From Paraspadella gotoi (lineage: Eukaryota; Animalia; Chaetognatha), in assembly GCA_051294375.1 (NCBI GenBank), contig JBJCIZ010000282.1, positions 523,079-587,078 of the forward strand: a stretch of 64,000 bases of DNA, in the 5' to 3' direction. Positions 52,461 to 64,000 of this stretch are shown one piece after another. Under the pieces are notes generated by a model. It saw nothing but the letters and a program-made list of their open reading frames with translations, ran no database searches and was not told the origin of the DNA. Positions within the stretch are counted from its first letter, which is position 1, and each line of letters begins with the position of its first letter. Made by a program: the position numbers and the translations under genes.

Positions 52461-53387
52461 GAGAGACGGAGAGAGAAAAAATGATGACAACGATGTCAAA
52501 GACGATGACGAAAACGACGACGAAAATGAAAATGACGATGAAGAATTTATTCCACGCTTTTTTCTCAATACAAAATCCCAAATTTACATCTTAGATTTTC
52601 GTGGATTTATTTTAGAAAAAGTGAAGAATAACTCATACGGCAGAAATGTTACGCTTCTCTCCGTCTCTCTCCGTCTTTCTCCGCCTTTCTCCGTCACTCT
52701 CCGACTCTCTCCGTCTCTCTCTGTTTCTCTCTGTTTCTCTCTGTGTCTTTTATTATCGCCATTTATTTCGCGCTTTTTTCTCAATACAAAATCCCAAATT
52801 TACATCTGAGATTTTCATGGATTTTTTTGAGAAAATGTGAAGAATAACTTACTTGACCTGGATTTCGTGGCCGTTGCGGGGCAACTAGTAAACAATGTCG
52901 AGAAATATGACCTAATAACGCGTTTTGTTGACAACGGAAACGTTACGTAGGAGCTGACGTCGTTCTTAGAGATTAAGGATAGGAGTCTATGTCGTTCTTA
53001 GAAATCAAGGAAGACTTTTTCAATGGAGATTTTCGCTAAAATTTGACTACCAAACAATGTAAATGCCCCTGGTAAAAATTCAGGTAAAAAATAGATGTAA
53101 AAACACTCGATTTAGATCCTGTTGCATCTCAAGAGCTCGTATTTTTTTTATCTTGACAAATAACCATCATTTTGGCATCAAACCATCAGATTCAAATGGA
53201 CTAGTCAACTCGGAAAAATATTTTTGATGCAATTTTTATATATAAAATAAAGGTTTCTAGACTTCAATACAATGTAAATGCATTTAAGGTATGTTGTGAT
53301 TTTACAATAAACTTCGAATTCAGGAATCCAATAGCAATATGTGCTCAAAGGCTCTCAAAATTTTTCTTTACATTTTATTTAGTTATT

Positions 53388-53691
53388 GTGTTTTTTCCTT
53401 TCTGTTTCGTTGTGATTTGATTTAGAACAAAGTTTGAAGAGAGATTAACAACGATTTTTATTTCATAGTGAAACGGACATGTTTCGACTCACATACGAGT
53501 CTTCTTCAGCGCCAATTCAATTTGTGAATTTGAAGAGAATTTTTGTGCATAAAGAAAGAGAGAGAGAGAGAGAGAGAGACAGAGCAAAGTTTCCAACACA
53601 GAGTTTGAGAGAAAGGATAGTGTTCAGTTTTTTATTAGGGACAGGTGAAGGTGAGGACAGAGATAGTTTGTGAAAAGAAATTGAAATGGAG

Positions 53692-53723
<32 letters not shown>

Positions 53724-55030
53724 CAGTGCCTTAAAATATATTACATTATGAAATGTACAACAATGTTAAAATTTGGTAAACTTTAATAATGAATAATATC
53801 AACAATTAGCTACAGTAATAAATTAGTGAAATGAAATAGAAGTTCAGAAATGTGAATATTTATTGTTAGTGAGGGATAGCTAAGTAATTAGGAAAAGGGA
53901 AATTTCAAGTAATAAGAAAGAGCTCAGCTAATACTGGCCATCTATTCAGAGAATCAGACTGTCTCGTGCTGTCCCATGACCCAAGCTGGTTTTCAAGAGG
54001 TATTAGAGAGGCAATCTACATCAAAGCCCTCGAGCCCTCTTTGAACCGTGATGGAGGACGATTCGATCTCCCTCCAAGCTATGATTCGTATCAAAAGTGT
54101 GGTGGAGGCCCCGTCTCCACCACGTCCGCACAATGATTCCCCCATCTCCACTCAACGAGATAGGCGGAGACCTTGCGCAGGCAATGGGCAGACGATACCT
54201 CTCCTTCAACTGCAGCAACTCATTCCCTTCCTCTGTGGACTGAGCGCCGCCCAAAGCGACGGCTGCAGGAGGAAGGGGGGGAGGCCACCACTCCTGTCGC
54301 GAAAGTGGCAAGAATGGACAGCCGCCCACCTCGCCAGCAGGCAAGAAGAGGGCAGTCGGCAGGCGTACCAGGCCAGAGAGACATCCGAGTAGCCTTTGGT
54401 TTCTTCCCGCAAGGAAGTCTTCCCAGCTCTGCACTAGTAGGCTCCACCAACCTGTCCTCTCAGCCAATGACACACCAATGACCCGACCTTATCAATCTAG
54501 CCTTTCATTTGTTCATAACCAAGGGGGCCAGCTCATTTTTGAGCTCTTTCTTATTACTTGAAATTTCCCTTTTCCTAATTACTTAGCTATCCCTCACTAA
54601 CAATAAATATTTCACATTTCTGAACTTCTATTTCATTTCACTAATTTATTACTGTAGCTAATTGTTGATATTATTCATTATTAAAGTTTACCAAATTTTA
54701 ACATTGTTGTACATTTCATAATGTAATATATTTTAAGGCACTGTTCTCTCTCTCTCTCTCTCTCTCTCCATTTCAATTTCTTTTCACAAACTATCTCTGT
54801 CCTCACCTTCACCTGTCCCTAATAAAAACTGAACACTATCCTTTCTCTCAAACTCTGTGTTGGAAACTTTGCTCTGTCTCTCTCTCTCTCTCTCTCTTCT
54901 TTATGCACAAAATTCTCTTCAAATTCACAAATTGAAATGGCGCTGAAGAAGACTCGTATGTGAGTCGAAACATGTCCGTTTCACTATGAAATAAAAATCG
55001 TTGTTAAATCTCTCTTCAAACTTTGTTCTA
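53388..55030. mobile_element. Nested foldback element with about 510-bp TIRs and a GC-rich core of about 600 bp
   Basis: 53423-53930 is the reverse complement of about 54530-55030. TATTTAGTTATT flanks both sides (53376-53387 and 55029-55040) but occurs only once in the uninterrupted left arm (about 51000-51012, reverse complement). Confidence 0.88.
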
Positions 55031-55427
55031 TTTAGTTATTTTAATATGATACGATCATGGTAAAGTGAATTAGTCCATTTTGGTATAATTTTTATTTAAA
55101 GTAAAAGTAAAAGAGGAGCTAAGATCGGAATTCTAAGAGTTTTTAACCAGGAGTCAGATTCGGGAAAAATCTTTTATGGCAAAAATCTTCCAAAGAAGGG
55201 GTGGTTTTTCTGAAGATTTTGGTTAATATTTTCTATATTTATGGTCGGATTCTTTTGAAACTTAACAATAGCAATAGTGCCATCATTCTACATTGGCCGG
55301 TATAAGAATACATTTAAAAAAACCTCTGGCTGTTTTCGTCAGATCTTAGTCCTACTTTACAATGATGAAGTGGAAATTCAAACAAAAAATACTTGAATCG
55401 ATATAAAACAAAGAAAATGGACACACA

Positions 55428-55665
55428 TTGATTGATGTAATAGTAATTTATTGATGCAATGATAACCAAATGTTGATGCGATGATAACCAAATATTGATG
55501 CAATGATAACCAAATATTGATGCGATGATAACCAAATATTGATTCGATGATAACCAAATGATTGATGCGATGATAACCAATAATTGATGCGAAGATAACC
55601 AAATGATTGATGCGATGATAGTCATTCACTCATGCGATGATAGTCATTCATTGACGCGATGAGTC
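55428..55665. repeat. Minisatellite, unit about 21 bp (attgatgcgatgataaccaaat)
   Basis: About 10 visible tandem copies. Confidence 0.9.
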
Positions 55666-56659
55666 ATTCATCGTAAATAAAACAAACAAACGCGTGTATG
55701 AGTGAGAGAGTTTGCAGTTAAGAGGGACGGGCCGCTTAACCCGCCTGTAACACAGTGTTACAGCCTGATCTGAAGCTCAGGGACTGCTTATATCGAACGG
55801 TTCTGTCACTAACACATAATAATAATCACTGTCTCTTCATTGGTGAGCTCGACTTCTGAACACAACAGCAACAACAGCACTTTCAGGCGACATGCCTCAA
55901 CCTGGCGATGCATTCATCGTAATTCATAGTAGTTTTCATTTTTAAAAAAAATGTAAGCCCCTAGTTAAAACTATATAAACCGTAGTAGTTTTTATATAAT
56001 AAAAAAGCACAATGCTGATGCAGACAACAACGCAGATGATGACGACGACGTCACAAAGAAGCTGAGCCAATCCAAAATCTATCCAAAACGGATATGATAT
56101 ATCTTGACCCGTCTGTCAAGATAAAAATATTTTATGTAAGACATTTTGAGAAAAAAGCTATTGTTTTTTTCTAAAATATTTACTCCAGAGATGCAAGGCG
56201 GTTACTAATATGGACTATATGAAGTTCTTGTAAGTTTTAAATTGACTGATCACAGTCCTTAAAGATGCTCATAAATCGCCAAAAGCTGGTTGCTCATTTG
56301 TTTCTTTGTAACTACCTCCAAAACAAAGACAGAAAGGATATATCACAACATGATTTATCATGATTTGATGTACTGTCATGATCTAAGTGAATGACCAACT
56401 AGACTGTGGGGAATGACCGACGGACCGACAAAGTGAAGTATAGAGTCGGAATCTGCAATAAGCAGATCCGACTAAAATGCTTTTGGTTTAGTTATATTTA
56501 TAATTTTACTTACTAGGTCTTTACTTCACTTTCTTTAAAGTATTGTCCCCAGGACCTAAAAAAAATAAATGGTGTGTTAACTTTGTAGAGTCATTGCATG
56601 CACTAATTATTGAACAAGTTTGAGCAAACCATGTCAGATCTGCCCACAACCATTATGGT

Positions 56660-56840
56660 GATTAATTAATAATTAATAATAATAATAATTAATTAATTAA
56701 TAATTAATAATAATTAATAATAATATTAATTAATAATGAATAATTAATTAATTAATAATTAAATTAATAATTAATTAATTAATTTAATTATATTTAATTT
56801 AATTATAATTTATAATTAATTAGGCAATTAATTAATTAAT
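56660..56840. repeat. AT-only low-complexity (TTAA/TAA)n
   Basis: Direct inspection. Confidence 0.9.
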
Positions 56841-57079
56841 TTGATCCCAAATGTTTGTTTTTAGGTCTTTTCGTCACTAACCAGTAACCACGACAAAAGC
56901 AATGACGACGATGAGAATAATGCCGATAACGACTGACTTGATTGATTGACTTATTAATTAATTATTGATTAATTAATTGACTAATTGATTAATTATTTGA
57001 TTAATTAATACATCCTGCATTTACATTTAATATAAAGGGAAAAAGAAGCATAATCAATTAGTGAAACAGGTTTTTTGTT

Positions 57080-57360
57080 TTTTCCATTTAAACTCATTTC
57101 CACTCAGACAATTCCATCGAAACTTGATTTCCAGCTTAATCACACACTCTCCTGACCACATACAAAATTCAAGGTCAATCGCCCCATCCACTCGTGAGCA
57201 ATTTGTGTTTAAATAGTGAAATATATTTTTTGTTTTTTCAATTTAAACTCATTTCCACTCGGACGATTCCATCGAAACTTCATATCCAGCTCAATCACAC
57301 ACTTCCCTATTCACACACAATATTTCATTCAAATCCATCCATCCAATCACGAGTAATTAG
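57080..57360 (+). repeat. Interspersed repeat, internally duplicated, also present at 45340-45473
   Basis: The block aactcatttcc.act...caatcgccccat.cac..gag.aatt..aaatagtga is shared. Confidence 0.65.
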
Positions 57361-57774
57361 TGTTTTTTGCTAAGGTGGGACGGACGGATGGACAGACGGA
57401 CGGACATCATTTTTTTTGCATAATTTATCATAATTCGATGTTCTGACATGATATAAGTGGGTGCCCGACAATATTGAGTAAGGCAGATCTCTGACGTATA
57501 TTTTTTTTCAAAATCTACTACCTCTCGGTTTTTCCTTTGCCTTTTGTTGTTTCCTTTGCTTTCACAACAGCAATTGATTAAAAAATATTTGGGATCACAC
57601 GCCTTTTTTTCAATTTTTAAAAAAATAGCCAATCGCGATCTGTGATTGGTCAATATCGGTCACGTGACCTTAAAATCTTTGTATTTTTAAGATTTTTTTA
57701 GGGCAAAAAGTTATTTAGTAGTTGTATAATGAATATTTTGCTTAAAACAATTGAAAAATATTTTTTAACAATAT

Positions 57775-58656
57775 TGTATTGAACTAAGTTCGGAGAAGTG
57801 GCGTCTTTGAATTCTAACTGACTGGACTAATTCTGCGCAATGAAGACCAGATGGAATCGGGTATAAAATGGCGCAGAAGAGACGATGGCGCCGGTCCAGA
57901 CGCCCTGGAGATGCTGACGACAGTCTCGGCCGAACGACGTCGGCTAAGGCCGGAAGGACGACGAACTGCAAGGCCCAGGACTTGACGAAATGTCTATGTA
58001 AGTCTGATGCGGTTGAATGAAGTGAGTGTGTTGCTGAATGTTGAATGTAAAGTCTTGCTTGTTGCTTGTTGTGAGTGAGTTTTTCTGTTGTAGTTGTGTT
58101 GTGCAAAGTCTTGCTTGCGAATGTGCTGTTGTTGTAAAGTCTTGCTTGCTGTTGAGTGTTGTTAGAAGTCCTGTGCAAGGAATAACAAAACATTTAGTAC
58201 AAACTCAGCAAATATATATAAATTTAAAGTGTCTTTCTTACTTGTTTCTGAAGCCAATATTAACCAAAAAAGAGATGCTTCTCTCATAGAAAAGTCCACC
58301 AAACCAGCGATCACACAAAAAATAAGTTTCCGAGATATCTAAAAAGAGTTTAAATAAGCTCTGAAAAGAACTAAAAACCCAGTGACAACTTTGAGATCTG
58401 AAGATACCACGTGGCCAGAATTCTATCAGAATCAAATCGAAATCTATCGAAATCACGGGCACCAATCAGAATCAGCTGTACACTGCCTTCAGAAATCTGT
58501 ACTTAAGTATAAACAAAAGAGAGAGCCTAAAGATGTTGTGGCGATCGCTAGAACGGAGGCATTTTCTATGTCAGTAATAAAGAACAAAAGAGCATTGGGA
58601 GATAAGGTAGAGAAGCTGGATTTCCTCGTAATATAAAAGATAGTTATTTTGTAACA
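57775..58656 (-). mobile_element. Probable 3' LTR of a second LTR retrotransposon
   Basis: On the minus strand, PPT GCGGGGGG (58664-58657) is directly followed by TGTTAC. There is a TATATAT box at about 58220 and a candidate end ...AATACA at 57775. No second copy is available to confirm the boundaries. Confidence 0.45.
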
Positions 58657-61024
58657 CCCCCCGCTATTTTAGTATGCCAAAAGCATACCAAAAAACCTTG
58701 AGCATGTCTAGAAAAAACTATCTAAAATATCCGGTCGCAGGGGGATGGAAAGAGGAAAGGAAGAAAATTAAAATGCTGAGTATGCAAAAAATGCGCCCAG
58801 GACTTACTTGTCAATAATACCTCAAAATACTTCAAAAAAACTGACAAAAAAACTGAGGAGCGGTGGAACGGACAGGCGGGTGACGACGGCAGATGACAAA
58901 CTGACCGGCGACAACCCTCTTCCACACGCTAATTGTACTTCAAGTTATCATGTTTGAAGACGAAACAGGGGGTTACACAATGATGAATTTAGAAAAACCG
59001 TGCATGATGTAATAAAAGACTACGGTTGTCGTAAATCTAAACAATAATTTTTCACCCAAAAAATGCAAAAACGAAGACAACTATGTTTGCTCGGTTCACG
59101 AAACGGCCGGAGGTGCCGCTCATCAACTTCTGCCTAGTTGCAAAGCGCCGTGTGACGATTGCCGAAACGAACGTCTCTGACTACGAATAAGAAAAGTAAA
59201 AATAACTCTGTACGGCGTGTATCAGTACACCCGTTTTCAACCGTAATCCAAAAAACGTAAAAACACTAAAAAACTGGCCAATCCTGGCATTTAACTTTAA
59301 AAAACGTTTGCCTGCTAACTGAAAAAGACACAAAAAAGACAGTATAAATAAATTGACACAAGGCAGGGGGGAATGCGACGAAGGGAGCTAAATATTTTCT
59401 AACTGACTGACACAATAAAATGATTTTTTGCAAGCTAACTTCGGGCATTACTAAACCATAAACTCTAAAGCAAAAGCAAAGTAATATATATAAGCCTTTA
59501 TCGAAGTTTAAAGCCGGTTATAACTGACCCCGGTGGCCGACTTTAAACCCGATGAATTTAACTTAGGTCGAAGCGCGAAGACCGGTTGTAACTGACCCCG
59601 GTGGCCGATCTCCGGTCTCGACATATGTTACACCCGCGACTTCCGAAAGTAGCCAACTAAAGGAAAGAAGCATGAATATTAATGGCAGCCCGAATTGTAA
59701 GGACAATACGGCACCGCCAACCAATTCGAATTCCAAAGATGGAACCGAAAAGGTAAATTAAAAAATACTAAGGTTGTCGGACTTGGTAAAGCGATATACA
59801 CGCTTACCGAAATGCCACTATCCGCCCCCCGCAGGAACGAAATCGGATCTCAAAGCTAATATCGAACCGGCTAAGAACGATATCAACCCTTCGACCTTCA
59901 GACAAACATGGCGAGGCAAAAAGGTGCCTTTCATAATCACGAACAACCAGAGACGAATGACACAAATCTCAAAATATTCAAATTTTTCTCACCGCAGGTA
60001 GCCGCATAAAGGATCGACACACGCGTCAGGCACATCAGGCATTCGCTCACCATCCTTCATCGATCCTTGATGAAGCCCTTCGATGCGAAAGACCGAATCT
60101 TCGAAGATCCGCGCACGTCCGTCTCCTTACCAAAAAATATTAGAGACACACAACCGTACTACGACACAAAAAATCTTAAACTGAGCCTACGGGAAAAAAT
60201 AGTAAATTGAGACAAAATATAAAAATACTAAATCTTGGATCAATCCGTACTAAATCTCGCCGTCGAATCTTCTTGTAAACATGATCTTCTCGAAATATAC
60301 ACTGTAAAGCAAAAATAATTAAATTCCTTATCTACCTTATGTCATAGTAGGTTGGCAAAATAAAAAATATTAAACTAAACCTAAAAACGAAATCATTTCC
60401 TATCACAATACTAAACCCGAAAAATACATAAACCAAAAAAAATTGTTACTCTAAGAAACAAAAATATTTTCAACCTGGATGCAATAATAGGAACATACTT
60501 TATTGGTCATTTTATTTTAAGCATCCGTTTGCCGTTGCAACGAGAAAAACTATGGCAAGGTAAAACTAAGAGACAACGGATGGGGTGAGACCCTCAAACC
60601 CTGCCTAAAAATAAAACCAGCAATAATATGGTAATCCCCTCGTTGTGCTGGCTCCCTGATTCCAGCTCCTGCTATCTTATTTTAAAGGGAGAAAATACAA
60701 AAAAGTGAGACGTACAAAGTCCAAATGATTACGAACCAGCTGACCTGCCACAGAAAGCCGGGACGCAACTGTAAGGACGGGTAAGTACTAAAAGGGTTTT
60801 TGTTAAGGTCCTTGCCCGCCTAAAGAAGAAGACGGTGGTCAAACAAGTAAACCCTTCGTTACCGAATGCTGAAAAAAGTTTGGAGTTCCCGACGATTTCT
60901 CTCAACCAATTTTTACTGGAACCGGCCGTGTGTACAAGAGAAACCGTCCGCCTTGCGGCGCGCAGGGAGACAGTCTTGAACAGGGTTGACCGTCACTCCA
61001 AAAGCCTGTTGTTATATTTAAGCG

Positions 61025-61906
61025 TCAACTCACAAAGCTCCGTCCGTCTAGAGACTTTTGAAAGTTGAGGCAAAAAACTTTTACCAAAAAGCAAAAAAAT
61101 GTTAGGGACAAACTATGAATAATATAAAATATCAGAGAAAGATAATCTATATTATTCTTTCCTACTCTAATTGTCGTCTCTTCTCCTAGGCTATCCAAAA
61201 AATCGACAAAACTAAATAAATACAAAAAATGGGACAGGCAATGTTTCGCGATGTGTCCCGGTGAAAAACAGCGATAACACAAACGCTTATTGGAGACAAT
61301 TTGCTTCTTTTTCTCGGCGGGGAGGTTACGGAAACGTAAGCAGGAAGTCGATGAATGGACTTCGCCGCAGAAAAGGCACGTGACAGTCTTTGGACGCGTC
61401 GAAACATTAGATGATGCAATTTGTTGAAATCGCCTTCGTGGAGATTTTCGGTTTGGAGATGACGCTGGTGTAGGAAAAATATTTTCTCCATGTCCACCTT
61501 CAGTTGGTGGTTCAGAGATAGAGGTCGGCGGAAGAACGGGTGACGGAGTGGCGCGAGTCCGCTCCCGCTCCAGTTCTTTCGTTTGAGATAGCTCTTCCTT
61601 AAGCTGTAGAATTTCGCTTTCTTTAGAGCGTAATAAATCCGTTAAAATGGAGAGAGCACTTTCTTCAAATTTTTCTAGTTTTTTTTCTACTTTTTCTATT
61701 CGAGATTCGAGCATCTCGGAAATATCTTTAGCGATAGTTTTCGGCAGAAGATCGATGTCGCTTCCCAAGTTGATGAACTCCTCGATAATTTTTTGCTGGA
61801 AAATTCGGTCGGGAAGCGGAAACGTTCTCCATTCTGTTCGGCCTATTCCGTAAAAGCACGAATCGTATTTTAAAGGCGTGATAGACGGATTAATTGAAGT
61901 CGCCAT
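61025..61906 (-). CDS. Short gag-like protein with BEL/Pao-type double zinc knuckle
   Basis: N-terminal coiled coil, Pro/Ser linker, then CLFCGEVHSSTSC..F..(KRL)CYRCFSPGHIAKHC, typical of BEL/Pao gag knuckles. No protease or RT follows. Confidence 0.75.
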   Translation of the reverse strand: MATSINPSITPLKYDSCFYGIGRTEWRTFPLPDRIFQQKIIEEFINLGSDIDLLPKTIAKDISEMLESRIEKVEKKLEKFEESALSILTDLLRSKESEILQLKEELSQTKELERERTRATPSPVLPPTSISEPPTEGGHGENIFPTPASSPNRKSPRRRFQQIASSNVSTRPKTVTCLFCGEVHSSTSCLRFRNLPAEKKKQIVSNKRLCYRCFSPGHIAKHCLSHFLYLFSFVDFLDSLGEETTIRVGKNNIDYLSLIFYIIHSLSLTFFCFLVKVFCLNFQKSLDGRSFVS

Positions 61907-63018
61907 AATGATTTTTTCGTTCGTAGTTTTTATTTTTGTTTGAGAACGCAGAAATCAACCGAGCGGTGATTGAGTTTTACTGTGAAATAACTTAGTATTT
62001 CACGCTCGCGATTGCTACCGTTCCAGCGTCGTCCGTCCCTTGTTAGTCTGACGTAAGTTTTTATGAATCTTTTTAACTGAATGTTTAGTAAATGATGAAT
62101 GAAAAGTAGAGATGAGGGTTTAGAAACTTTATTTTACTTTAAAATGTCCACAAAAATCCTGTAAAACTCAAGTTCAGGACGGGCGATGCTACTTTTAGTA
62201 AGGCAAAAAATGGAACTCAAAATTTCTATAGAGTCTCTTTAAATTACGACAAAAGAATGACAAATACCGACGAAATACTAACCAGTAAATCATTTGGCCG
62301 AACGCGTAAGGACAACTAAGGTACGGTCAAAATAAGACTTCGGCCGAGAGAGAAATTACTAAGGCGAGGCATAATATTTGACATTGACCTTGACTGATTT
62401 TCACCTTTTTCTCAAATCCTACAAAGAACCTGAAGACGAACTAGACCAACGCACAAAGTGTGACGACGTCAACTTCATACTAAAAAAACCAAAAAATATC
62501 AAATTTTCTAAAAAACGAACACAGTATTTTTAAAAAACAATATTTTTTAAAAAAATACTAAATTATTCTTATGGAAAAATTGGCCGTACCCCCCGCACGA
62601 ACGGAGAGGAACGAACCTGTTCGTACAAAAAAGAAAAAATTTAGTCCCAAAAAAAACAAAGGGAGAACTACGTAGTTAATTTGTAATGCTTGTGGGAAAC
62701 GGGGGAAAATCTCAAACTTCTCCCGAGCGTAAAGCCGTGAAGATCTGAGGAAAAAGGCATGATGGGAAATAACGCTTTTTCCGGAGATAATCGAAACCGT
62801 ACGATCGATTAAAATTTGTGCTTAACCTACCGAAAACCAAGCACACAAAATAACAATATTACCTAAAAAATAAATATTTATTTAAAACAAAAAATATTTA
62901 AAGAAAAAACGTGAGCACGATTCCATAAATACTCCTGTGTTCAGAGTTTAGTAGGGATTCTGAAATGACGATCTGGAATTGCTTGAGAAATGTTACACAA
63001 TTGTCCCAAAAATATCTT

Positions 63019-63309
63019 TCAAACTTTGTTATCTCCGTGCTTGGGGAAAAGCAGTCCACTAATTATGAATATTTCCGAAATTATGGACCTCTTTTTAGAT
63101 TTATGAAGGGCTTTGAATAGAACATGCAGGCACGTTACCATGTCCGGATTATTGTTTTTGTGATGCAAAATTATTAAACAAGTTTTATTCGTGCTAATTT
63201 TTTGGTAAATTTCTCTAAAGCACAGAGATTCTTGGAAAGGTTTTTTAAAAAAGCTGATATCATCCTGTCTGATGTTAAGCATGTATTGACCGCTGTCTTC
63301 TTGTTCCAT
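63019..63309 (-). CDS. Hypothetical protein (possibly interrupted by a premature stop)
   Basis: The open frame of about 96 aa has globular composition and continues KIFLGQLCNISQ after a single TGA. Confidence 0.25.
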   Translation of the reverse strand: MEQEDSGQYMLNIRQDDISFFKKPFQESLCFREIYQKISTNKTCLIILHHKNNNPDMVTCLHVLFKALHKSKKRSIISEIFIISGLLFPKHGDNKV

Positions 63310-63596
63310 TTTAAATTGATCAATATTTAAAAACAAACGCCCTATGAAAATGTACCAGATTTATATTATTGAGACAGGAAAGGCGTAACAATTTTAATCG
63401 AGAACGAGTAAAAAATATATGCAAAATGGTTATATCGATAGTGGAGAAAAAAAAGACACTCGAAAAATAAACTCGACATCTATAAAGATCTAACATTTCG
63501 ATTTGGCTTGTCCTTTTGTTTATGGAAAAAAAAATTCAAGGTTTATCGATATTTAATATATCAAATTTTAGAAATAAAAATTAACATTGTGTATAT

Positions 63597-63705
63597 ATAC
63601 CCCGTAAGTCATACAAATAAGGAAAATAGCGACAATGGACTAGATAATATAAAAACCCCATAAGTCATACAAATAAGGAAAATATCGACCATGGACTAGA
63701 TAATA
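63597..63705. repeat. Tandem duplication of about 57 bp
   Basis: taagtcatacaaataaggaaaata..gac.atggactagataat occurs twice. Confidence 0.85.
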
Positions 63706-63851
63706 AAAAAATAAAAACGGCTGATAAAAAGGCATAGACATGGGCTAATCGTGTAATAAAGTCAAAGACGACAAAGCTGACGAGATACTGGGGTTCTTCG
63801 GATATAAAATGAAATCAAAAGTGAGTCTCTTCGCCTCGGAATNNNNNNNNN

Positions 63852-64000
63852 NTTTCGAAAATATGTGCGGCATGCATTTTCCTAAAGTGTCTAATAAAAG
63901 TACCGTCTTCTAAGTCGGAGTCAAATGCGACAATGGTGTCTTTGCAGTGGTTGTGGTTGCAAATGCAAAGCGCTGAATTCTTGCTATCATTCTCACGCTT
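63852..64000 (-). other. BED-type zinc-finger-like coding fragment
   Basis: The minus frame reads SALCICNHNHCKDTIVAFDSDLEDGTFIRHFRKMH, similar to the C..C...GT..RH...H BED pattern. It is truncated by the gap and the window edge. Confidence 0.35.

Larger units (their letters stand above)
50687..55354. mobile_element. Non-autonomous long-TIR (foldback) DNA element; arms about 720 bp, right arm split by a nested insertion
   Basis: 50687-51400 (starts TAGGACTAAGATCTGACG) is the reverse complement of 52990-53387 plus 55031-55354 (ends AGATCTTAGTCCTA). Confidence 0.85.

Noticed and set aside
51936-52568. 210-aa ORF
   Set aside because: It is a translation of (CT)/(GA)-rich tandem repeats inside a foldback element.
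55314-55629. Hydrophobic repeat ORFs
   Set aside because: These are translations of a 21-bp minisatellite.
62930-63336. Macro-domain assignment for the small ORF
   Set aside because: Only a vague secondary-structure impression; the diagnostic GxG motifs are absent.

Overview
Repeat-dense animal (invertebrate-type) genomic scaffold, not prokaryotic DNA. It has many N gaps (several exactly 25 N) and long indel-rich stretches that look like uncorrected long-read fill, so many frameshifts may be sequencing errors. Main contents: (1) At least four partial copies of one BEL/Pao LTR retrotransposon family (LTR TGTAG...CTACA, about 620 bp). One copy is near full length (10957-20351, +). A minus-strand 3' end carries an unrecognised extra ORF of about 590 codons just upstream of the PPT and LTR. 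(2) An endogenous Polinton/Maverick (adintovirus-like) fragment at about 40.4-47.7 kb: minor capsid/penton, integrase C-terminus, packaging ATPase, GGF-motif core protein and a further conserved ORF. Its packaging ATPase has a clean 68-nt GT-AG intron splitting the Walker A motif. A multi-intron gene for a Ser/Thr-rich type I membrane protein sits between the viral genes. (3) Nested long-TIR foldback elements at 50.7-55.4 kb. (4) The probable 3' end of a second LTR element, with a BEL-type zinc-knuckle ORF, at 57.8-62 kb. (5) Several minisatellites and satellites. All calls come from manual reading and motif recognition; no database searches were run.
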